From assembly GCA_965235115.1 (NCBI GenBank), contig OZ249436.1:25050001-25114000 (forward strand): a stretch of DNA of 64,000 nt. The letters are read 5' to 3'. Numbering within the stretch: position 1 is the stretch's first letter; every line of letters begins with the position of its first letter. Under the pieces are notes generated by a model. That model was not told the DNA's origin, did no database searches, and worked only from the letters and a program-made list of their open reading frames with translations. Shown piece after piece: positions 53,701 through 64,000 of the stretch. Both the position numbers and the translations under genes were made by a program. The stretch comes from Laetmonice hystrix. Lineage: Eukaryota.

Positions 53701-56700
53701 CGAAGCTCCCAGCCTAAAACGAGTTTCCAAATAATTTAAAGTTAACAAGATGCACTAATAATCGATTCCAAGCCTAATTAGGCCATTGCTAGTTGGATAA
53801 CCAAATCTCATACAAAATACACCCTCCCGGCAGATGACCTGAGAATATTTAACTCTTATGTCCGATATATCCCTGTCTGCTTAGTAGCACCCAGCCGGGC
53901 CCCCATTTTGACATTGCAACACCAATACAGCAAGTGCCCAGCTAACAGCACAAATAACAGGATTCAGGGCTTCCTACCACGTTACAAGTCACAATAGATT
54001 GCTGCCTGTCGTAAAAATATACCAGACCATTTTAAAAAGTCACAGAACCCCAATCCGGCCCTAATATGTCACTCCCAGTACCAATACACGCTGGAAGCAC
54101 CATCAACTGAAATTCAGGCCTAGAACCCACCTCTCTCTACCAATATCATGCACCTAGTCCGTATACGAGGTTGTAATTTACTTTAATCAACGGGCTGTGC
54201 CGCAGCAACCCACTCTGGTCTTTGCAATCTTTTTCAATATGCGTTAACATTTGTAACCAGCTCAACGCGCCTTGTAAAATTTTTCAAAGTGCGTAAAGTG
54301 TGTGTCCACCCCGACACGCTTTCCAAACCACTATACCCACCGAGCGACATCCACTCAAATACAGGCTTCGACCGATCCTCACTGTGCCAATAATCCGCCA
54401 CAAGGCAAATTCAGTCAATGCAAGCTGGAAAATCGAATGTCAAACCTAATACTCCCCCCCCCCAGCACGTTAACTGAAAATAATCAACTAGCTTGAAAAC
54501 TAGAATATAGCTTTGTTTAGCTAACAATCTACTCTCCCAGCGCCATCAACTCGCATACAGGCGTAAAAGCAAACGCACTGCCCCATATAATGCTCCCAGC
54601 CTAAAACGATGTTGCAATTAATTTAAAATTAACAAGATGCACTAGTAATCCGATCCAAGCCTAATTACGTCATTGCTAGTTTCATAACCAAATCTCACAG
54701 AAAATACCCCACCCGCGCACATAACCTGAAAATATTTAACTTTTATCTCCAATGTATCCCTGTGCACCTAGTAGCACACAAGCGGGCCCAATTTTGACAT
54801 CCCAACACAAATACCGCAAATACCCGCCTAATGGCACAAAAAACTTTCTACCCCGTTGCAAGTCACATTAGCGTGCTGCTTGTCGTAAAAAATGGTGCAG
54901 ACCATTTCTAAAGTCACAGTACCCCACTCCCGGCCTAATATTACGTTTCAGTATCCATATACGCTGCAAGCGGCAGGAACTCGAATACAGGCCTAAAAGT
55001 AACCTCAGTCTAGCAATATCATACTCCCATGCCATATACGAGCTTGTAATTATCTTTAATTAATGGGCTCCGCAGCACCAACCCACTGCATTAACATTTG
55101 TTTAACAGCTTAACGCACCTTGTAAAATTTTTTCAAGTGCGTAAAAATGCGTGTCCACCTCCACATACTTTAAAAATCACTATACCCACCCAGCGACATC
55201 CACTCTAATACACGCCTAAAAGGAACTTCACTGTCCCATTTGATTCTCCAGCACGTATAGGATGTTTCAAGTAACATTCATCCACGGTCTGGCCCAATAA
55301 CGTGCAGCAAGGCATAGTAAGTCAATGCGAGCTCGCATGTCAAACCTAACCCGCCCCCAAGCACATGAGCTGAAAATATTCAAATAGCTTGAAAACTAGA
55401 ATATAGCTTTGCTTAATACCATTATACCATCAACTCGCATTACAGGCCTAATGCGAAGCTCCCAGCCTAAAACGAGTTTCCAAATAATTTAAAGTTAACA
55501 AGATGCACTAATAATCGATTCCAAGCCTAATTAGGCCATTGCTAGTTGGATAACCAAATCTCATACAAAATACACCCTCCCGGCAGATGACCTGAGAATA
55601 TTTAACTCTTATGTCCGATATAGGGAGCGTAAGTATGTCACGTCACAATGCGTGAATCGACGAGAAATGCGGTTTGGAGGCCCAAACTGGCGCCAGCCAA
55701 ATTCCGGTTCCGTTCATTTAGCATTGGGAGGCCCATTGAAAAAGCGTTCTAACTGATAACTCCAAAATTACTGTTCTCTTTGCTATCAAACTGACTATAC
55801 ATCAGAACCAACATCTCTTATGTCAGAAAAAATACATTTTATACTTAAGAAATATTTAATTGTCAAAAGAAAGGCCGATGTTTGAAGAGGTGTAGGCTCG
55901 CCCTATGTTAAACCAGTGGGGGATTGTGACGTAACGGAAGTGGCATGTCGCCAGCGGTCTGACCCAGTTAGACCGAACCTCGTTTTCGGTCGCGAGACTT
56001 ACGCTCCCTATATCCCTGTCTGCTTAGTAGCACCCAGCCGGGCCCCCATTTTGACATTGCAACACCAATACAGCAAGTGCCCAGCTAACAGCACAAATAA
56101 CAGGATTCAGGGCTTCCTACCACGTTACAAGTCACAATAGATTGCTGCCTGTCGTAAAAATATACCAGACCATTTTAAAAAGTCACAGAACCCCAATCCG
56201 GCCCTAATATGTCACTCCCAGTACCAATACACGCTGGAAGCACCATCAACTGAAATTCAGGCCTAGAACCCACCTCTCTCTACCAATATCATGCACCTAG
56301 TCCGTATACGAGGTTGTAATTTACTTTAATCAACGGGCTGTGCCGCAGCAACCCACTCTGGTCTTTGCAATCTTTTTCAATATGCGTTAACATTTGTAAC
56401 CAGCTCAACGCGCCTTGTAAAATTTTTCAAAGTGCGTAAAGTGTGTGTCCACCCCGACACGCTTTCCAAACCACTATACCCACCGAGCGACATCCACTCA
56501 AATACAGGCTTCGACCGATCCTCACTGTGCCAATAATCCGCCACAAGGCAAATTCAGTCAATGCAAGCTGGAAAATCGAATGTCAAACCTAATACTCCCC
56601 CCCCCCCAGCACGTTAACTGAAAATAATCAACTAGCTTGAAAACTAGAATATAGCTTTGTTTAGCTAACAATCTACTCTCCCAGCGCCATCAACTCGCAT

Positions 56701-59700
56701 ACAGGCGTAAAAGCAAACGCACTGCCCCATATAATGCTCCCAGCCTAAAACGATGTTGCAATTAATTTAAAATTAACAAGATGCACTAGTAATCCGATCC
56801 AAGCTTAATTACGTCATTGCTAGTTTCATAATCAAATCTCACAGAAAATACCCTTCCCGGGCAGATAACCTGAAAATATTCAACTTTTATCTCCAATGTA
56901 TCCCTGTGCACCTAGTAGCACACAAGCGGGCCCAATTTTGACATTCCAAGACAAAAACCGCAAATACCCGCCTAATGGCACAGAAAACTTTCTACCCCGT
57001 TGCAAGTCACATTAGCTTGCTGCTTGTCGTAAAAAATGGTGCAGACCATTTCTAAAGTCACAGTACCCCACTCCCGGCCTAATATTACGTTTCAGTATCC
57101 ATATACGCTGCAAGCGGCAGGAACTCGAATACAGGCCTAAAAGTAACCCCAGTCTAGCAATATCATACTCCCATGCCATATACGAGCTTGTAATTATCTT
57201 TAATTAATGGGCTCCGCAGCACCAACCCACTGCATTAACATTTGTTTAACAGCTTAACGCACCTTGTAAAATTTGTTCAAGTGCGTAAAAATGCGTGTCC
57301 ACCTCCACATACTTTAAAAATCACTATACCCACCCAGCGACATCCACTCTAATACACGCCTAAAAGGAACTTCACTGTCCCATTTGATTCTCCAGCACGT
57401 ATAGGATGTTTCAAGTAACATTCATCCACGGTCTGGCCCAATAACGTGCAACAAGGCATAGTAAGTCAATGCGAGCTCGCATGTCAAACCTAACCCGCCC
57501 CCAAGCACATGAGCTGAAAATATTCAAATAGCTTGAAAACTAGAATATAGCTTTGCTTAATACCATTATACCATCAACTCGCATTACAGGCCTAATGCGA
57601 AGCTCCCAGCCTAAAACGAGTTTCCAATTAATTTAAAGTTAACAAGATGCACTAATAATCGATTCCAAGCCTAATTAGGCCATTGCTAGTTGGATAACCA
57701 AATCTCATACAAAATACACCCTCCCGGCAGATGACCTGAGAATATTCAACTCTTATGTCCGATATATCCCTGTCCGCTTAGTAGCACCCAGCCGGGCCCC
57801 CATTTTGACATTGCAACACCAATACAGCAAGTGCCCAGCTAACAGCACAAATAACAGGATTCAGGGCTTCCTACCACGTTACAAGTCACAATAGATTGCT
57901 GCCTGTCGTAAAAATATACCAGACCATTTTAAAAAGTCACAGAACCCCAATCCGGCCCTAATATGTCACTCCCAGTACCAATAGACGCTGGAAGCACCAT
58001 CAACTGAAATTCAGGCCTAGAACCCACCTCTCTCTACCAATATCATGCACCTAGTCCGTATACGAGGTTGTAATTTACTTTAATCAACGGGCTTCGCCGC
58101 AGCAACCCACTCTGGTCTTTGCAATCTTTTTCAATATGCGTTAACATTTGTGACCAGCTCAACGCGCCTTGTAAAATTTTTCAAAGTGCGTAAAAGTGTC
58201 TGTCCACCCCGACACGCTTTCCAAACCACTATACCCACCGAGCGACATCCACTCAAATACAGGCTTCGACCGATCCTCACTGTGCCAATAATCCGCCACA
58301 AGGCAAATTCAGTCAATGCAAGCTGGAAAATCGAATGTCAAACCTAATGCTCCCCCCCCCAGCACGTTAACTGAAAAAAATCAACTAGCTTGAAAACTAG
58401 AATATAGCTTTGTTTAGCTAACAATCTACTCTCCCAGCGCCATCAACTCGCATACAGGCGTAAAAGCAAACGCACTGCCCCATATAATGCTCCCAGCCTA
58501 AGACGATGTTGCAATTAATTTAAGATTAACAAGATGCACTAGTAATCCGATCCAAGCCTAATTACGTCATTGCTAGTTTCATAACCAAATCTCACAGAAA
58601 ATACCCCACCCGCGCACATAACCTGAAAATATTTAACTTTTATCTCCAATGTATCCCTGTGCACCTAGTAGCACACAAGCGGGCCCAATTTTGACATCCC
58701 AACACAAATACCGCAAATACCCGCCTAATGGCACAAAAAACTTTCTACCCCGTTGCAAGTCACATTAGCGTGCTGCTTGTCGTAAAAAATGGTGCAGACC
58801 ATTTCTAAAGTCACAGTACCCCACTCCCGGCCTAATATTACGTTTCAGTATCCATATACGCTGCAAGCGGCAGGAACTCGAATACAGGCCTAAAAGTAAC
58901 CTCAGTCTAGCAATATCATACTCCCATGCCATATACGAGCTTGTAATTATCTTTAATTAATGGGCTCCGCAGCACCAACCCACTGCATTAACATTTGTTT
59001 AACAGCTTAACGCACCTTGTAAAATTTTTTCAAGTGCGTAAAAATGCGTGTCCACCTCCACATACTTTAAAAATCACTATACCCACCCAGCGACATCCAC
59101 TCTAATACACGCCTAAAAGGAACTTCACTGTCCCATTTGATTCTCCAGCACGTATAGGATGTTTCAAGTAACATTCATCCACGGTCTGGCCCAATAACGT
59201 GCAGCAAGGCATAGTAAGTCAATGCGAGCTCGCATGTCAAACCTAACCCGCCCCCAAGCACATGAGCTGAAAATATTCAAATAGCTTGAAAACTAGAATA
59301 TAGCTTTGCTTAATACCATTATACCATCAACTCGCATTACAGGCCTAATGCGAAGCTCCCAGCCTAAAACGAGTTTCCAATTAATTTAAAGTTAACAAGA
59401 TGCACTAATAATCGATTCCAAGCCTAATTAGGCCATTGCTAGTTGGATAACCAAATCTCATACAAAATACACCCTCCCGGCAGATGACCTGAGAATATTC
59501 AACTCTTATGTCCGATATATCCCTGTCCGCTTAGTAGCACCCAGCCGGGCCCCCATTTTGACATTGCAACACCAATACAGCAAGTGCCCAGCTAACAGCA
59601 CAAATAACAGGATTCAGGGCTTCCTACCACGTTACAAGTCACAATAGATTGCTGCCTGTCGTAAAAATATACCAGACCATTTTAAAAAGTCACAGAACCC

Positions 59701-62700
59701 CAATCCGGCCCTAATATGTCACTCCCAGTACCAATACACGCTGGAAGCACCATCAACTGAAATTCAGGCCTAGAACCCACCTCTCTCTACCAATATCATG
59801 CACCTAGTCCGTATACGAGGTTGTAATTTACTTTAATCAACGGGCTGCGCCGCAGCAACCCACTCTGGTCTTTGCAATCTTTTTCAATATGCGTTAACAT
59901 TTGTGACCAGCTCAACGCGCCTTGTAAAATTTTTCAAAGTGCGTAAAAGTGTGTGTCCACCCCGACACGCTTTCCAAACCACTATACCCACCGAGCGACA
60001 TCCACTCAAATACAGGCTTCGACCGATCCTCACTGTGCCAATAATCCGCCACAAGGCAAATTCAGTCAATGCAAGCTGGAAAATCGAATGTCAAACCTAA
60101 TGCTCCCCCCCCAGCACGTTAACTGAAAAAAATCAACTAGCTTGAAAACTAGAATATAGCTTTGTTTAGCTAACAATCTACTCTCCCAGCGCCATCAACT
60201 CGCATACAGGCGTAAAAGCAAACGCACTGCCCCATATAATGCTCCCAGCCTAAGACGATGTTGCAATTAATTTAAGATTAACAAGATGCACTAGTAATCC
60301 GATCCAAGCCTAATTACGTCATTGCTAGTTTCATAACCAAATCTCACAGAAAATACCCCACCCGCGCACATAACCTGAAAATATTCAACTTTTATCTCCA
60401 ATGTATCCCTGTGCACCTAGTAGCACCCAAGCGGGCCCAATTTTGACATTCCAACACAAATACCGCAAATACCCGCCTAATGGCACAAAAAAACTTTCTA
60501 CCCCGTTGCAAGTCACATTAGCTTGCTGCTTGTCGTAAAAAATGGTGCAGACCATTTCTAAAGTCACAGTACCCCACTCCCGGCCTAATATTACGTTTCA
60601 GTATCCATATACGCTGCAAGCGGCAAGAACTCGAATACAGGCCTAAAAGTAACCCCAGTCTAGCAATATCATACTCTCATGCCATATACGAGCTTGTAAT
60701 TATCTTTAATTAATGGGCTCCGCAGCACCAACCCACTGCATTAACATTTGTTTAACAGCTTGACGCACCTTGTAAAAAATTTTCAAGTGCGTAAAAATGC
60801 GTGTCCACCTCCACATACTTTAAAAATCACTATACCCACCCAGCGACATTCACTCTAATACACGCCTAAGAGGAACTTCACTGTCCCATTTGATTCTCCA
60901 GCACGTATAGGATGTTTCAAGTAACATTCATCCACGGTCTGGCCCAATAACGTGCAACAAGGCATAGTAAGTCAATGCGAGCTCGCATGTCAAACCTAAC
61001 CCGCCCCCCAGCACATGAGCTGAAAATATTCAAATAGCTTGAAAACTAGAATATAGCTTTGCTTAATACCATTATACCATCAACTCGCATTACAGGCCTA
61101 ATGCGAAGCTCCCAGCCTAAAACGAGTTTCCAATTAATTTAAAGTTAACAAGATGCACTAATAATCGATTCCAAGCCTAATTAGGCCATTGCTAGTTGGA
61201 TAACCAAATCTCATACAAAATACACCCTCCCGGCAGATGACCTGAGAATATTCAACTCTTATGTCCGATATATCCCTGTCCGCTTTGTAGCACCCAGCCG
61301 GGCCCCCATTTTGACATTGCAACACCAATACAGCAAGTGCCCAGCTAACAGCACAAATAACAGGATTCAGGGCTTCCTACCACGTTACAAGTCACAATAG
61401 ATTGCTGCCTGTCGTAAAAATATACCAGACCATTTTAAAAAGTCACAGAACCCCAATCCGGCCCTAATATGTCACTCCCAGTACCAATACACTCTGGAAG
61501 CACCATCAACTGAAATTCAGGCCTAGAACCCACCTCTCTCTACCAATATCATGCACCTAGTCCGTATACGAGGTTGTAATTTACTTTAATCAACGGGCTG
61601 CGCCGCAGCAACCCACTCTGGTCTTTGCAATCTTTTTCAATATGCGTTAACATTTGTAACCAGCTCAACGCGCCTTGTAAAATTTTTCAAAGTGCGTAAA
61701 AGTGTGTGTCCACCCCGACACGCTTTCCAAACCACTATACCCACCGAGCGACATCCACTCAAATACAGGCTTCGACCGATCCTCACTGTGCCAATAATCC
61801 GCCACAAGGCAAATTCAGTCAATGCAAGCTGGAAAATCGAATGTCAAACCTAATACTCCCCCCCCCCCAGCACGTTAACTGAAAATAATCAACTAGCTTG
61901 AAAACTAGAATATAGCTTTGTTTAGCTAACAATCTACTCTCCCAGCGCCATCAACTCGCATACAGGCGTAAAAGCAAACGCACTGCCCCATATAATGCTC
62001 CCAGCCTAAAACGATGTTGCAATTAATTTAAAATTAACAAGATGCACTAGTAATCCGATCCAAGCTTAATTACGTCATTGCTAGTTTCATAACCAAATCT
62101 CACAGAAAATACCCCACCCGGGCACATAACCTGAAAATATTCAACTTTTATCTCCAATGTATCCCTGTGCACCTAGTAGCACACAAGCGGGCCCAATTTT
62201 GACATTCCAACACAAATACCGCAAATACCCGCCTAATGGCACAAAAAACTTTCTACCCCGTTGCAAGTCACATTAGCTTGCTGCTTGTCGTAAAAAATGG
62301 TGCAGATCATTTCTAAAGTCACAGTACCCCACTCCCGGCCTAATATTACGTTTCAGTATCCATATACGCTGCAAGCGGCAGGAACTCGAATACAGGCCTA
62401 AAAGTAACCCCAGTCTAGCAATATCATACTCTCATGCCATATACGAGCTTGTAATTATCTTTAATTAATGGGCTCCGCAGCACCAACCCACTGCATTAAC
62501 ATTTGTTTAACAGCTTAACGCACCTTGTAAAAAATTTTCAAGTGCGTAAAAATGCGTGTCCACCTCCACATACTTTAAAAATCACTATACCCACCCAGCG
62601 ACATTCACTCTAATACACGCCTAAGAGGAACTTCACTGTCCCATTTGAATCTCCAGCACGTATAGGATGTTTCAAGTAACATTTATCCACGGTCTGGCCC

Positions 62701-64000
62701 AATAACGTGTAACAAGGCATAGTAAGTCAATGCGAGCTCGCATGTCAAACCTAACCCGCCCCCCCCAGCACATGAGCTGAAAATATTCAAATAGCTTGAA
62801 AACTAGAATATAGCTTTGCTTAATACCATTATACCATGAACTCGCATTACAGGCCTAATGCGAAGCTCCCAGCCTAAAACGAGTTTCCAAATAATTTAAA
62901 GTTAACAAGATGCACTAATAATCGATTCCAAGCCTAATTAGGCCATTGCTAGTTGGATAACCAAATCTCATACAAAATACACCCTCCCGGCAGATGACCT
63001 GAGAATATTTAACTCTTATGTCCGATATATCCCTGTCTGCTTAGTAGCACCCAGCCGGGCCCCCATTTTGACATTGCAACACCAATACAGCAAGTGCCCA
63101 GCTAACAGCACAAATAACAGGATTCAGGGCTTCCTACCACGTTACAAGTCACAATAGATTGCTGCCTGTCGTAAAAATATACCAGACCATTTTAAAAAGT
63201 CACAGAACCCCAATCCGGCCCTAATATGTCACTCCCAGTACCAATAGACGCTGGAAGCACCATCAACTGAAATTCAGGCCTAGAACCCACCTCTCTCTAC
63301 CAATATCATGCACCTAGTCCGTATACGAGGTTGTAATTTACTTTAATCAACGGGCTGCGCCGCAGCAACCCACTCTGGTCTTTGCAATCTTTTTCAATAT
63401 GCGTTAACATTTGTGACCAGCTCAACGCGCCTTGTAAAATTTTTCAAAGTGCGTAAAAGTGTCTGTCCACCCCGACACGCTTTCCAAACCACTATACCCA
63501 CCGAGCGACATCCACTCAAATACAGGCTTCGACCGATCCTCACTGTGCCAATAATCCGCCACAAGGCAAATTCAGTCAATGCAAGCTGGAAAATCGAATG
63601 TCAAACCTAATGCTCCCCCCCCCCCAGCACGTTAACTGAAAAAAATCAACTAGCTTGAAAACTAGAATATAGCTTTGTTTAGCTAACAATCTACTCTCCC
63701 AGCGCCATCAACTCGCATACAGGCGTAAAAGCAAACGCACTGCCCCATATAATGCTCCCAGCCTAAGACGATGTTGCAATTAATTTAAGATTAACAAGAT
63801 GCACTAGTAATCCGATCCAAGCCTAATTACGTCATTGCTAGTTTCATAACCAAATCTCACAGAAAATACCCCACCCGCGCACATAACCTGAAAATATTTA
63901 ACTTTTATCTCCAATGTATCCCTGTGCACCTAGTAGCACACAAGCGGGCCCAATTTTGACATCCCAACACAAATACCGCAAATACCCGCCTAATGGCACA
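50796..64000. repeat. Second block of the same 1753-bp satellite, ~7.3 copies, same orientation, with more variants per unit
   Basis: Starts abruptly at CCACCCCTACACGCTTTCCAAACC. The same ORFs recur at 52477, 58131, 59884, 61637 and 63394. Confidence 0.99.
55623..56008. mobile_element. 386-bp MITE (non-autonomous TIR DNA transposon) inserted in a satellite unit
   Basis: Perfect 12-bp TIR GGGAGCGTAAGT / ACTTACGCTCCC. The empty site in other units is CCGA-TATA-TCCC, and the filled site has TATA on both sides (net +390 bp). Internal 10-bp inverted repeat ACGTCACAAT (55640-55649) / ATTGTGACGT (55923-55932). No coding capacity. Confidence 0.93.

Noticed and set aside
1689..63610. Repeated 60-100 aa ORFs (MTEFALW..., MTSSTRL..., MSTPTRF..., MTLEMVC...)
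   Set aside because: They overlap on both strands, several use non-ATG starts, they appear or vanish with poly-C length and single SNPs, and none has a recognisable domain. They are by-products of the satellite.

Overview
Eukaryotic, probably invertebrate animal, genomic DNA. About 88% of the window is one head-to-tail ~1753-bp tandem satellite: ~24.9 copies at 1-43700 and ~7.3 copies at ~50796-64000, in the same orientation. Each unit is a diverged dimer of ~850 + ~905 bp and shows traces of older ~430-bp (possibly ~220-bp) periodicity. Shared diagnostic variants define an emerging ~10.5-kb six-unit higher-order repeat. A 200-N gap (43701-43900) is followed by a ~6.9-kb non-satellite island. 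The island holds the last four coding exons of dynactin subunit 5 (DCTN5/p25), with an apparently lost stop codon and a one-residue shortening. It also holds a decaying ~1.1-kb tandem tRNA-Asp(GTC)/tRNA-Cys(GCA) cassette array, interrupted by a Helentron/HINE-like non-autonomous element. A 386-bp TIR MITE has inserted into one satellite unit at 55623-56008. The repeated short ORFs in the track are satellite artefacts. I found no clearly novel protein-coding system; the interest lies in satellite architecture, the gene/tDNA/satellite boundary and the mobile elements.
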